Source: Schmidtea polychroa (lineage: Eukaryota). From it: a stretch of 64,000 nucleotides of DNA. Position numbers and translations under genes: made by a program. How positions within the stretch are numbered: position 1 is the first letter of the stretch; each line of letters opens with the position of its first letter. Below the pieces are notes generated by a model, which did no database searches, was not told the origin of the DNA, and worked only from the letters and a program-made list of their open reading frames with translations. Below, piece after piece: positions 25,820 to 39,439 of this stretch. The DNA is taken from contig CM097888.1 in NCBI GenBank assembly GCA_044892525.1, positions 32,798,001 through 32,862,000 on the forward strand, read 5' to 3'.

Positions 25820-26600
25820 AAAAATTAAATAAGAAAAGCTTTAAAGTTAAAATTTATAAAAATAAAATAATATTTAATCCAATAAATTACCCAGTGCGAA
25901 AAAATTTATTTTTTGTTTTAAGAAATTATGACCCATTTAAGACGGTACCCAAGATAGAATTATATGTATCCCAGCAAAAAAGTTCGTCCTCAACCAAGTG
26001 CAGAATTTACAACTACGCCAACAAGGCCGGTCTAGGACAATAAAACGAAAAATAAAAATTTAAGTAAAATTAAATAAGAAAAGTTTTAGGTTAAAATTTA
26101 TAAAAATAAAATAATATTTAATTCAGTTATTTTTATTTGTTTTTCATATAACGTGAATCATACTGTCAAAATCTATTATTTTTGACTTAGGTTGATTTAG
26201 TAAATAAGAATTGCTTTTCCAAATGTCTTTGAGAAATTACATATTTCTAGGAAATATTATTTATCAATGAACTTTAAATTTTATAATATATTAATTAGAT
26301 TGTCCAAATCGTTAACAAAAATATATTTTTTACCCAGGGCGAATAAATTAATTTTTTTGTTTTAAAGAAATGATGGCTCATTTAAAGCGGTCATCGAGTC
26401 AGAATTATGTTTGTCCCTGCAATAAAGTCATATCTTGGGGATAATATTTAATGGGAAATCTAATTAAATTTTATTTGCCAATGAACTTTAAATTTGAAAG
26501 TATTAATTAGATTGGCCAAATTGTTAACAAAAATATATTTTTTACCCAGAGCGAATAAATTTATTTTTTGTTTTAAAGAATTGATGGACCATTTATTACA
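25820..26600. repeat. Degenerate local tandem duplications (~210-240 bp period)
   Basis: AATTAAATAAGAAAAG...TTAAAATTTATAAAAATAAAATAATATTTAAT occurs twice. TTACCCAG(T/G/A)GCGAA...TTTTTTGTTTT occurs three times (~25890, 26330, 26540). Confidence 0.7.
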
Positions 26601-28399
26601 ACTTGAAATTTATGACCACCAGTTTACTATTTCTGCGTTCGACAATCCTCCGAGTCAATTAGTTGCTTTCTTTTCCTCACTCCCGATAAATAACTTTAAT
26701 AAGTGGTTTTAAATTGCTTTTCAATCTGGCAATGTTTTCTTCAAAAACTTCGTAATTCAATTTCTCTTCGTCTCTTTGTTTTAATTCTGAGTTTCTATAT
26801 CCGCTTTCTTCTTTTCAAAATTGTGTCTTTTAATCCAAGTTGTGTTTCACTTTTATAGTCTGCCATCTAATGGCACTTACAGATAATTACACATTATTGG
26901 TAAACTATTATTACATAATTCACATCATAAATGTCAACATGTAATATGTCAATGCAAGGCACATGCTTGACACTGTATATTACTCCAGTCATGAGGACTG
27001 AGAGATCTCGCTTTCGTGTCTCAGTGTTTGTTATATTTCGAAAAAACAGGATAGCATAGATTTAAAAAAAATTACAGCTGCTTTGGCGCGATTTTTAGCC
27101 TGCCTCAATTCAATGTTCGTCGTTCTTGAAAACCATGCAATTCATGTATTTTAACTTAATGTAAAGTTAACGTTTTAAAACGAGTTTAGATATGTAGACA
27201 ATGTTTAATAAGTGCATAGTATGTAAATACCATACAACCAAGCACCGTATAAAATATGAAAAATTATCTTCCATTATTGATATCTGAGCAAGATGGAATC
27301 CTAACCTATATGTGCTAAGAATGTTCTTATCCATAATAAATGATCTCAGAAAGCAGCAATTGACATCAAAGATACCCACATAAGAATGTTCAACAATGAA
27401 GAAATTGCAAAAATTATAATCACACAAATCTTGACTCCTTTTGACGAAGCTACATAAACCTTAGTAAGCAATAAACAAATTGCTTATAGAAGATATTAAT
27501 TTACCTTTAAAAATAAATTACTTTACTGTAAAAAGTTGACAATGAAAAAAATAAAAGAAACAAGAAATGTGTGGTCTGATATTATTCTTTTACAAAATGA
27601 TCATTATTCAATAAGCTTCAAGTGAAATTCTGACAGAGAAATTAATGATTCATATCTCTAAGCTGAAAATTCAAATAAAATACTTTTTGCAAATAGAAAA
27701 TAAAAAAAAATAATAAATTGCTCAATTTCATAATTATTTAATTTTTTTTTACTTAGGTATCTTTTAGATATTTTTAAGATATCTTAAGCAAATTTAAAAT
27801 ATTTTAATTTTTTTATCACTTTATATACTCGTTAAAACAAAAATATTATCCTAAGGATAAGATGTAATAAGTTCAATTAACTTGGAATTTTGCAGTCTTT
27901 GTATGAATACAAATTTGATAACAAGTTAAAATTAATAATTATGTAAAAGCACTTTCATATAAATAATAAATATACAAAACATAAATGAAATGATATCAAA
28001 TATAATAGGAAAAAACTGAAGTTATCAATTTCAAAATAATTTTCAAAAATAATGAAATTGAATTACCTACTTATTAAATTATTTATGTCCATAGGGACAA
28101 ATGAATTTTTATGCTTCTCAAACAACGTGTAAAGTCAATAAAATTAATTTATCATAAAATATATTTATTCAAACTTTGCTAAATTTATATTTTATTTCAC
28201 TTAAGATTTTTTGGAAGAAAATTTTGATATTACCTTATACGGTATAAATTAATGTGCTGAATATATTCCATCGTAAAAATTTAGAATTCGATTTTCTTTT
28301 GAAAGGTAAAAATATAATGATATAATAAAATTTCCATGTAAATATTATTTCATCGGGCGTTTAATAAATGGAGAAACAATCTCCATCAACTGGAACAGT

Positions 28400-29380
28400 A
28401 AACGAATTTTTAACATCAATTTATAACTGGGTTTAAAGATTGGGAAAATACAATTTCTCGGATAATATCACATGAAAAATTAAAAATCATCTTTGTGCAT
28501 TATCAGAAAACAGTAAAATTGATATAGAATTACAGAAAGAGAAAGAAAAATATGTAATTACTGGATTGAAGTTTTGATAAGAATATTTGCTGTAATTAAA
28601 TTTATGTCTGAAAGAGGGGTAGTATTTCGTGGAGATATTGAAATACATAATTATTTTGATAATGGAAATTTTCTTAGTTGCTTCGATCTTTTGATTGAAT
28701 TCGATCCATTTTTGAAGGAGCATATTTGAAGACATAGAAATCTAGGAAGAGGAAAGATTTCGTGTTTATCCAACGTTATATTTGAAGAATTTATTGGTAT
28801 GTTACTGGGGCGTTACTTAAAAGCAGTAAAAATCTTTGGAACTAAGCAATTTATATATACATTTTTTTCCTCTTAACCGCAAAGGTGACCCAAATTTAAA
28901 AACAATATGAAAAAAGATAAAAAAGAGAAGAAGAAGCGGTCATTATTAGATATGACACAATGTGAACGTCAACCGGCAAAGGCTGTTCATCAAGTAAACT
29001 CTAATAAAAAAGATTAATAAATTTAAAACAGCATTGATGTATCTTACTTAGAATTATTTACTAGAAAATATGGATATTGTCAAAAAAGCTCCACAGAAGG
29101 CTGTCATAGAATTATGCACCAAATTATTTGATACACTCATAGAATACCTTAATGAAATTTGCACAAATTTTGACGAATTTGAGACCATGGCATAAAAACC
29201 AACAAAACCAGAATACAAAGAATGCACACAACATAAGCGAGCCAGAACTCTATTTTTTAATGAAGGTTTAGATAAACTCTTTCTTAGTTTAAACTTGAGT
29301 GTTAGACAAGTTTCGTATTCAAACTTTTTATGTAATAGCAGATAAACTTATAATTAAAATTCATAAACGACGAGAAGCAT
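28400..29380 (+). pseudogene. hAT (Tip100/ZMYM1-like, DUF4371) transposase remnant
   Basis: Fragments GFKDWENTISRIISHEK, YWIEVLIRIFAVIKFMSERGVVFRG and GNFLSCFDLLIEFDPFLKEH, with many stops and frameshifts. Confidence 0.75.
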
Positions 29381-29718
29381 TTTACATTTTTTAACCTTTT
29401 TTGCTAAATTATTTATTATATAAATCATAAATCAATGTAAATGAATGATTAAATAGTTTTTATCTATTTAAAATACTTACAATTATAAAATAATTTGGAT
29501 AAATGTTATGGTTAAAATTTCTTACAGCTTGTTTTAATAAATTGACTTACTTATAAAGTTTTATCATTAAATTTCAAAATATTTAATTTATTGATGATTA
29601 TTTTGTAATGTAATATATTTTGTTGGAAACTTATTATAAAACATTTGAATGTCTTTTAATAATTTTGAATATTAAATTAAATGAATTATGTTTTAATATT
29701 GATAATTCTATATTTCAG

Positions 29719-30922
29719 TATCAAATCCAAGAAAAATGAACAAAGAAAATCCTTCTTTACAAAGAGATCAAATCAAGCGTCCGAATTTTCACAAATTAGT
29801 CAACTCACATTCAAATGGGCTTTCATCTCCTTTTCCATTTATGGAATTCGGTTTGAGCAATCAGTCTAGTCTTAATTATGTTTTCAATAATTTTTCTCGC
29901 GAGTTTGTAAATTCAGTTAAATCTTCATCAAGCATATCCGATACGCAAAATCCAAAAAAATCAACCTTAATAGATCCATATTTAAAACCTTTAAGTTTAG
30001 ATCGTTTAAAATCAGCCAATGTATTAAACAGAGAGCCCATTAATAATTCTCATAATTCAAGTCATGATTTTATCAAATCATCAAACAATAATTTGAAAAA
30101 TAACGATTTTTCTGCCAATTTCTTTCTGCGAATTCAGTCAACTAAAACTGATAATAATGCAGAAAATTTCCAAAGAAAATCGAACGAAATATTTAGAAAT
30201 GGTGAAATGAAAAGCACTCAAAATCCATCAAACGGAGTTAGACCTTTCTACCGAGAAAACTATCCAGGTGCTACCTTGTTAACACCAAAAGTTCCAGTAG
30301 TTTTCAAAGAAATGAAGAAAGAATCGTCACTGCCATCAAACCAATTAGAACTCTCAAAGTATTCCATCCGACCAAATACGGCAGGTCCTGCTATCAAGTC
30401 ATTAAAAGATTCAATTCCAGTCTCTTTGGCACCCCCGACGCCTAAATTTTATGTCAAGTCTTTCAAAACCGAAGAATTAATTTACAATCCAACCGTAAAA
30501 TCATCTGAAACGATTCCAACAGAAACCAGTTTAGAATCGAATTTTAACTCAAATCGAAAAATTTCAAGTCCTCAAAATCTTTATCTGCAAGTCAAACAAG
30601 AAGTCGAAGAATATCGAAAACAGCGAAGAAAAGAAACACTGTTGGATGTTAATATTATTCCCGAAATCAAAACAGTTGCGTCTGAAGATCTATTTCCCAT
30701 AACTTCATCTGGAGATACTCAGTCTAATATTTATCAAAATAAAGCTACTATAATTACAAAATCCGATAAAAAGAATTTACAAGAAACCATTTCAACAAAT
30801 GCTGAGAAAAGTTTCATTAAAACAGAAATGAAAGACAATTCTAACGAGAAAATAACATCAAGACCAAAAAGTGTGACTTTTAATGACAAAATCGAAACAA
30901 GAGATTTTTGTGACGAATCCAG
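29719..30922 (+). CDS. TTLL4: Large low-complexity N-terminal exon, probably of TTLL4 (ATG 29736)
   Basis: Acceptor tttcAG at 29717-29718, open S/N-rich frame, donor AG|GTAAAT at 30923. Phase 2 end fits exon 35245. The link to TTLL4 is by splice phase only. Confidence 0.65.
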
Positions 30923-31397
30923 GTAAATATTAAATTTGTCGAATCTGTTTTAATAAACTTGTTTTATGAGGTAATCATCAGCTATAAATGGTTTTTATAA
31001 CACTTATTACACCGACTGCCAGTTATTAATAATTTAACCAATAGCAAGGCGCGCACACACACACACACTTACAAAGATCTTACATACGTAAGTATACATA
31101 AGTTATTCTTAACGAGTGTGCGAGCGGACCACCGTGCAAGGTTCTATTCAAGGGGGGGTAATAATTGCCATTCTGGTTGCTAATAATATTAATTAGTTTT
31201 AATGTCCGGCTTAGCTCAGAATATTATTTAAAGCGAATTATGTGAGAAAACAATTTTGTTTCAAGTGGTTTTTGACATCTTTAACTGTTAAAAATAAATT
31301 TACGGTTTATTAGTAGAATGATAACAAAATCGATATTTTATAACAAGAAATATAAATAATGAAGGAATAAGGCTCATAAAACAATGGGACGTAAGTC

Positions 31398-32640
31398 TAC
31401 ATAAAAACATTGTATTCACATGTGAAACGGAGAAAAAATCATCACTTGCTTTCTTGGATCTGTTATTAAAACGCAAAGAGAAACACTATGAGACAGAGAT
31501 TTATAGAAAACAACTGATACTGGTCTCTATACTTCATCCGAAAGTTTTTGTGAATTCAAGTATAAAAGAAATATGGTGAAGGGGTTGATTTATCGTGCAT
31601 GGTCTTTGTCTTCTACTTTTGAAAATTCAGTAAAAAGTGTTGACAAATTGGTTGAATTGTTAATGAAGAACGGTTATTCAAAATCCTTTTTATTAATTAT
31701 GGTAAAAGATATTGTTGACAAATTTATTAAGGATCCATGTTTGAGAAAATCTGGGTGTGATGTTGTTGAGGTGTGTGAGTTTGATGAGTTAAATAAATTA
31801 AATAGTGTGAGCGAGGATGATGTGCTAAATTTGTGTCAGTATTACCGTACTCAGAAGGTTTTAAGGATTATAAAGTGAAGATAAGAAAGCAGTTAGGAAA
31901 TTTAAACTATAGGATAGTGTCAACTTCATGGAAAGTACGCAATATGTTTATTAATAGGTCTAAAACTCCGGTCGAATTAGGTTCCGATCTCATTTATCAG
32001 TTTACATGTAATGGGTGTAATGCCACATACATTGGAGAGACTTCCCGTCATCTCTGTATTCGAGCTCGAGAACATTGTATACCGAGGGCTTTGATCCATA
32101 TTGGTGAACACAATAAGGGCTGTAAGATTAAAATAGGTGTCTGATTAAAAATTTTATTAAAAAATTTCGATAATTATTGGGAGCGTGTAATTTGTGAGGC
32201 GTTGTTGATAAAGTCATTGAATCCGAAAATTAATGTGCAGAATGCAGTGAATACTTGTGTTTTAAATGTTTTAGATAATTTTTTGTATATTGTATGTATT
32301 GATTGTTGTTTGTTAAATTAATTAATTAATAAAAATTTTTTAAATTATTAAATTAAATTATAAATGTTAAAAATTTTTTTTTAAATAATATAGTATTATG
32401 TAATTTTAATTATGATTTTTAAAAAATGAAATGTTTTTATTAAATAATAAAATATTTTTATATAATTAATAAAATTTATAAATTTGTTTAAAATCCTTAA
32501 TTTAATTAGTTATTATATCCCACCTGATGATGTCAGGAAAACTGTCGAAATATATCGTGAAAAGAATGTTTGATTGGCGTTTTCTTATAATTAATTTTCT
32601 TATAATTGGCATTTTCATATAATTCTTATAATACTTTAAA
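31398..32640 (+). mobile_element. 5'-truncated Penelope-like element (RT C-terminus, GIY-YIG endonuclease, pLTR)
   Basis: HKNIVFTCETE..LAFLDL..IYRK (RT), KGLIYRA linker, LIYQFTCNGCNATYIGETSRHLCIRAREH (GIY-YIG with CCHH). Several frameshifts. Confidence 0.9.
32521..32559 (+). ncRNA. Minimal type I hammerhead ribozyme in the PLE pLTR
   Basis: CAC-CTGATGA-T-GTCAG(GAAAA)CTGTC-GAAA-TATA-TC-GTG: complete core, AUC site, palindromic stem III, 3-bp stem I, one mismatch in stem II. Confidence 0.7.
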
Positions 32641-35244
32641 TTGATAAAATAAAAAATGAGTCGAACGGATAAATATATGAAAAAATAGATTATATTTATT
32701 AATATACAACTAATTAAATATTTATAAACATTTGTAAAGCTTTCTGACAATTAAAACACCCTTTTCAAAAATTTTCTATTTTTATTATATGAAATTAATG
32801 AACCATTATCATACTTGTATTTGATATTGTACACTTGTTATCGGTAACATAATCGGGTTATTGCAATTTTACTACATTAATAGCAAAACTAATTGTTTTT
32901 AAATAGAATCTATAATAATAGAATATAATTGTCGGCAGCGAAAAAAACATTAAGATGTGCTTTGTTGCAGCACATATTTTGTCAGTTCTTATTCGTAAAG
33001 TGTATGCTTATTGAATATGCATATACTAATAAAAATTAATTATGCGAGTCTTATTGTACCTACTTCAATTATAATTTTTTATTCATTATCTCAATTATTA
33101 AATAAAATAATAAATATTCACCCACATATTGAAATAACAAAAAGTTTATTATCGATTTTTTTAATTATTATTATTAATATTAAGCTATTTATAAAATACT
33201 CAGAAAATGCAATTTCCTGTTTTAATCTTTGATAGAAGAATAAGTAATTGTTTAACCACTAAGAACATTTTTTTCAGATTATTTTAGAGTAAAATAATTA
33301 TATAATTTTAATGAAAATATTTTTGTAAATTATACATCTTTATGTTAATTTGTTATTAATGTCACCCAATTGAATTCAACAAAACGAACATAAATTTGAT
33401 AAATAAAATATTGTAATTTTTATAAACAAAACATTAAATGAACCTGGAATTCAAAATAAATTTTTATTCAATATTTTACACTTGTTAAATTTTCAATTTA
33501 TATTAAAAAAGAATAATTATTTAATCAGTTTAAAATTTTCAAAAATAAGTTGAATTCTTAGATGAAATTTAAATATTAAATTGTACAATTAGACCTATCT
33601 ATAATATTTATAAACTTTGTAATGAATATTTTCGTTTTCTAAAATTTTCGAATACCATTTATTATTAATTCATAAATTTTAGATGAATTAAATAATTATT
33701 TAATGAATATGAAAATATTCATTTTTGAGAAAAAAATTATATTTACTAGAGCTAATGGTGTGGTATAATTTAAAAATTGAATAAAATATACTTCCTATTT
33801 GAAATGCTACAGAGACAAATGAGTAAAATTTAAAATTGTTTTGAAATTAGATTTAATTAATGGATGCAATATTTTTTCAAGATAAAAACAAATTACTATT
33901 AATAAAAAACTCAAAATGTATAAATTTGCTATTTGAATTATACGAAAATATAAAATAAGTGAAAAATATGTGTAGATACTTATAGGAAATTTGTACAGAA
34001 AAGCAGCATCAATGTTACAAATTCAATTTGATTGGTTAACATTTATTCTGTTTCTTTAGTACATTCATACACATCATTTTCAAATTGAATTTCCTATATG
34101 TAGACAACTTGCATATAATACCATAATTACATTCATGTAGTTCTCAAAATACCAATACATTATTAACTCAAAATTGTTTATTGTCTTGTAATTCTGATCA
34201 ATAGATACGAGTTTATTTGTTCCGTGTTTCTGACTACATGTCACTAATAAGTATTTTGTATGCATCGGTCAGTGTACATATTTTCAGCTACTAACAAATA
34301 GAATTTAGAAATAATGTAAATGATATATTAATCCAATAATAAATTGTAAGAAAATTAAGTATGAAATTTTAATAAATGCACTTTTATTGTTGTTAAATAC
34401 TGATACAGACAAAAATACATTCGATTAATTATTTACAAATAAAACACAAACAAATGAAACACTTGGATCAAAAGCATGAAACACACAATTGACATTTGTG
34501 AAGTCAAAAATGAAAGCACATAATAAACACATTCAATTCATATTTGACGTAAATTTTTTTGACAGAATATCGGATGCTCAAAGTTACAAGTCGATTGAAC
34601 ATCCGGAATCAAACTAAAAATTAATTTCAAGATTTGAATGTGACTTAAAAAGCAAGCTAAATAAAAATTTGTGAAAGATCGTGAAAAAACAATGATTTGT
34701 ATTAAAAAATAAATATATATATTTTTGTGTATTATGACTGAGTAAACTAAACTGATATTGCAATTAACCTATTGTAAATACATATATATTGGTTTCGCAG
34801 GAAAAACCCAAATTTAGAGTTTTTATACAAATGCATTAACAGTAATTTGATAAAATAAATTGACATTAAATCGCACTTCAATAAATGTTCATTGTATAAT
34901 AGCGTTTGTTATAAGTAATCAAAAATGGTTATATAAACGTTATTAAAAAAAATAGACAAAAAATCCTATTGGTGGAGTAAGTAAGCTCATAAATGTTTTT
35001 TCGACAATATTTATTTATTACATAAATTTTTGTTTGACGAAAAATAATTTCGATACCTTCGTCCATTAAATTTAACAATAATATTTTCCATGATATATTT
35101 TGCATAATATTTTTTAATAAAATTAGAAAGTAAAATACTTGTCTATAACAAGTAATATTTTTACATGGTTCTTAATTAAAATGTAATTTCAATTAAATGA
35201 AATTCATTCTTTTTATGAAAAATATAAGAAAGTTTATTTTGCAG

Positions 35245-35437
35245 TTCAGAAAGTGAAGATGAAAGCTCAAATGAAGCATCAAGTTCTGATAATGAAAGTC
35301 GTGGCTCAATTGTCTCGACAGAATCAGAATCAGAAGAAAATTATTCAAAATCTCCAAGAATTGAAAGTAGAAATATTGACACTCAAGAAGCATTTGTAGA
35401 AAATAAGATATCAGCACAACAAAAAAAAAATTACTCA
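35245..35437 (+). CDS. TTLL4: Acidic/Ser-rich internal exon, probably TTLL4
   Basis: ttttgcAG acceptor, SESEDESSNEASSSDNES..., donor TCA|GTAAAT. Phase 2 in and phase 0 out match the neighbouring exons. Confidence 0.65.
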
Positions 35438-36600
35438 GTAAATATTTTTAAATTAAAATGTTCAAATTTTTAATATTCTCAGTTATTTAAGATACTTTTA
35501 AAATTATTAAGTTTACCATTGACTACGTATTGTAGTAATTTTAATACCGTTGATTCTAATATAAAATGTACTTTAACTGATATTTTGCATCACGTATATA
35601 ACATTTTTAAAAGTAAAAGGTCAAGATTACATCAGTTTTTAATATTAGGATTTCTATTTCGGATTGTTTTGTTTCTCGGGAGACGAAGAAAATCTTTTAA
35701 CATTTGATGATTATCGTATTCGGGATTTAAAAATTTAACAAATGAAAGTATTTTTAAAGCAGCAACTGTTTCTATTACTATTCATTGAAGACTTTTATTA
35801 GAAATTTTCTCATTTGCTTACACTGACAAGAAAACTGTACAAACGTAATCTAAACGTAATTAAATATAATAATTAAGATGCTGGAAATAAGTACCTAATA
35901 TATTTATTTAAATAACAAGTTTGTTGAATAATAATAAAAAAGCAGCAGATCTTTCAGATATTCTTGGCAACAAAATAACGAAGGATCAATATTAGATGGA
36001 AAAAAACAAAAAAAATCGTGTCAGGAGTAAACGAAACAAGTTAAATTCTTTTTTCAGCATTGTATGAATTTAACTTTAAATCATATTTTTGGTAAAGTTT
36101 CCGGTACATTTTTACATCTGCTTTCATGATAAACTCAATGCCTCTTTCAAACCCATCTTACTTTTGTCATGCCTCCTGAAAGTTTTTCGTAAATTAGTGG
36201 TTGACTTTCGATATTCTGATAATAAATCTTCTAATAAATCGCCAATAATATTTTCCCAAATTCAGTAATTCAGTTTTTTCGACGATTGAGAAGAGGCTCA
36301 GATTCAAATACATCATTCACAAACGCTCTATCTCTACCACAAGCCATAATTCCATATTTTTTGGACGCATTAGGTCTTCCAAATTTCTGGTTCGCAATCT
36401 TCTAATCTCGCTTCACAGACTTCTACATTTCACGGCTTAGTACTTGCATTACCACCAAAGTAGATGGTTAGGAGCCCGCTAACTCACATACACCCCCACC
36501 CATCCCCGAAAAAATTTTTTTTTTAATTGTGTAGGTCAACTCAAAATTTATGTAAGTCAACTCAAGAAACTTAGAAAAATATTTAATAATTAGTCTAACT

Positions 36601-39439
36601 CAGGCATGAGCAACTTGTTTTTGTTAGGGGCCAGTTCAGTCTTTGAAAATGTTTCGGGGGCCGGATGTATTTAGCACGAATTTATTAATATATATTCCAA
36701 TAATATATCTTTTTAATAGCAAAGATCATTTAAATTTACAATATTAAGCATATATTATATATTATAGATTATATATTATATACTATATACTAGTTGTTAT
36801 TGGAAGGCAAAATATACAAACTATGAAAATACCCAAATTTAACTTTAATAATCCCATATTTATAGTTTATTTACTCGCACAAACTCTGGATTGTTCGAAT
36901 TTATATTTTTTATGCTTCTCAAATTTGCATATACTACTCAAATATACCCAACATATCAATATCAATCTTGTTCTGGTTTTGGTCTGTGTGACATTTGACA
37001 CTTTTTATCACGACATAAATCTGAAATATTTGCCTTGATAGTTGATGTTGCTACTCGTAATTCGTTTGACAAGTTATCATCAGTGAGCCGACATCTTTTT
37101 TTGCACTTTGTTTGTTTCATCTTAGAAAAGAATTGTTCACAGATGTAAGTGCTGGGGAAAAGTGAGACCATTTTCAGCGCATGATATCGGATTGATGGAA
37201 ACGCTTTCTGAGAAATGTAGAGTTTGTAGAATTGAATCAAAGAGACGTCACGAAACTTTCTTTCCAGATCGCCATTACACTGCAATTCAATGAGCTCCAT
37301 TTGCATTGATTCTGGTGCTATCTCAACATTAACACTGAATGGTTCAGAAAATAGTTTGAAATCATTTTCATGTTCGGCAAAATCAGCAAATCTTGAAGAA
37401 AACTGTGTTTTCAATGCAATTATGTGTTCATTAAATTTCTTCGTGTTAGCTAAATTTGCAACATTTTTGCAATCAGTTAGATTTGGAAAATGCACCGTAA
37501 TGTCCTTTGATAATTGATTCTCCCATAGTTTTAGCTTTGTCTGAAATCCTTTGATATGATCATAAAGATTATTTATCAGTTGATCCCGGCCTTGTAACTT
37601 CGTGTTTAGATCATTCAGATGCGTTGTGATGTCAACCAAAAAGGCCAAGTCAAGTAGCCAATTTGCATCGGATAACTCCGGAATTGGTTTCGACTTCATC
37701 TCCATAAAAAGTTTAATTTCTTCACGAAGTCAATAAAAGCGATGCAATACTTTTCCTCTGCTCAGCCAGCGAACTTCGCTAAAGTAAATTACATCCGAGT
37801 ATTCTGTCTCAATGCTAGTGAGAAACTCTTTGAATTGTCGATGATTCAATCCACGTGATCTTATGAAATTCACGGTTTTCACAACAACTGTCATCACATG
37901 GTCCATCTTTAGTTCTTTTACACATAAATTCTCTTGGTGGATTATGCAATGTGATGCAATTAATTGCTCACTTCCTTTCATTTTAACTAGCTCCGCCTTC
38001 AATAAACCAACTACTCCATTTTTTATTCCAACCATTGCCGGAGCTCCGTCTGTCGTTATTCCTGTTAGTTTTGGAAGAAAAAGCCCGTTTTCTGCCAATG
38101 CAGTTTTGATTTCATCAAAAACATCTTCTCCAGTTGTAGTCCCTTTCATGCTCGCTAATTTCAACAGTTCTTCCGTAACGTGGAAGTCCTGATCAACCCC
38201 ACGCACAAAAATTGCTAACTGCGCGGTGTCTGTCATATCCGTGCTTTCATCAAGGCATATTGAATATGCTTGAAATAGTTCAGCTTTTTCTTTCAAGATT
38301 GTTTCAATGTTTTTTGCAATATCATCAATTCGTCTTACGATTGTAAATCGAGAAAGGTTGATATTCGAGAAAAGTTGATTTTTTTCGGGACAGATACAAT
38401 CCACAGCCGCATCAATGCATTCTTTGACAAACTCCCCATCAGAAAACGGTTTCAGTTTCTTGGCAATTATCTCACTTATCATGAAACTCGCCTTCACAAC
38501 ACACTCAACCTCTTTATTAACTTTGATAAAGAATGTCTGTTGCCCTAGAAGTGCTTTTCGGAGAGATTCGATCCTATCTTTCCTTAATTGTCCCTGTATC
38601 TGATCGAACTTTTCTGCATGCTGAGTCTGGTAATGCCGTCTTACATTAAATTCCTTTTTAACGGAAATTGATTGCGAGCAAACAAGACAAACGAGCATAT
38701 TGTTTGATTCTACAAACAGATAATCCGATGTCCACTTATGATTAAATACTCGGTGTTCACTGTCAACTTTTCGTTTTTTTGTAATAGTGCTCATCCTCAA
38801 CTGTGGTTCATCAGAATTATTGGAAATATCAGTGGAATGTTGCCCATGCCTGATTTATATGGACACAATGAAAAATAAATAAATATTCAACTTACATTTT
38901 TATTTAAAAATTGTAAATTTCAAATGAAAATAATTTGATAAAATAAACAAATCTTTTAAAAGTAATTATTAAAACGAGAAGGAATAATATTAAATTAGAT
39001 AAACCAAAAACAAATACTGAAATCCTTAATTAGCTTATTTCATCTATTACTACATTTATAAACCTATATCATTTTTGATAAATGATGAGAATTACAAACT
39101 TTATCGATAGAAAATTTCTTTTACGATTTATAGTTTAAGATTTATAAATATTTTGCAATAAAATTCGGTCTTCGCTTATGAGATTTTATATTACTGAATC
39201 TTGTTCATAGACAAAAGATGTTTTCATGTTTATGCTACTATAATGAAAATGTCATAATTAAAAAGTTTACTGCTGCACCACCACGCTTATATTAAATGCG
39301 TATTTGTACTAATGGTGTAGCTCTAACGTCAACTGCATACATTCCTGAAAGCTTATCAAGGGCCTGGTTATATGGTGTGGATCAATGAACACTGGGGCCG
39401 GTCAAAAGAGGCTCGCGGGCCGTATGTTGCTCATGCCTG
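36601..39439 (-). mobile_element. Buster-family hAT transposon (SPIN/GTF2IRD2-like), full length
   Basis: Perfect 14-bp TIRs CAGGCATGAGCAAC (36601-36614, 39426-39439). Left flank GTCTAACT has the Buster-type central TA. The right TSD is lost in the gap. Confidence 0.95.
36962..38794 (-). pseudogene. SPIN-like hAT transposase (~610 aa) with a single in-frame TGA at 37730-37732
   Basis: KKRKVD..CLVC..RRHYQTQH zinc finger, LDESTD, TDGAPAM, HCIIHQE, EVRWLS, TYICEQFFS. The two ORF-track pieces are in the same frame. Confidence 0.92.

Noticed and set aside
27270-27460. Tc1/mariner catalytic-domain remnant (EQDG..., TQILTPFD)
   Set aside because: Motif resemblance is too degraded and no TIRs were found.
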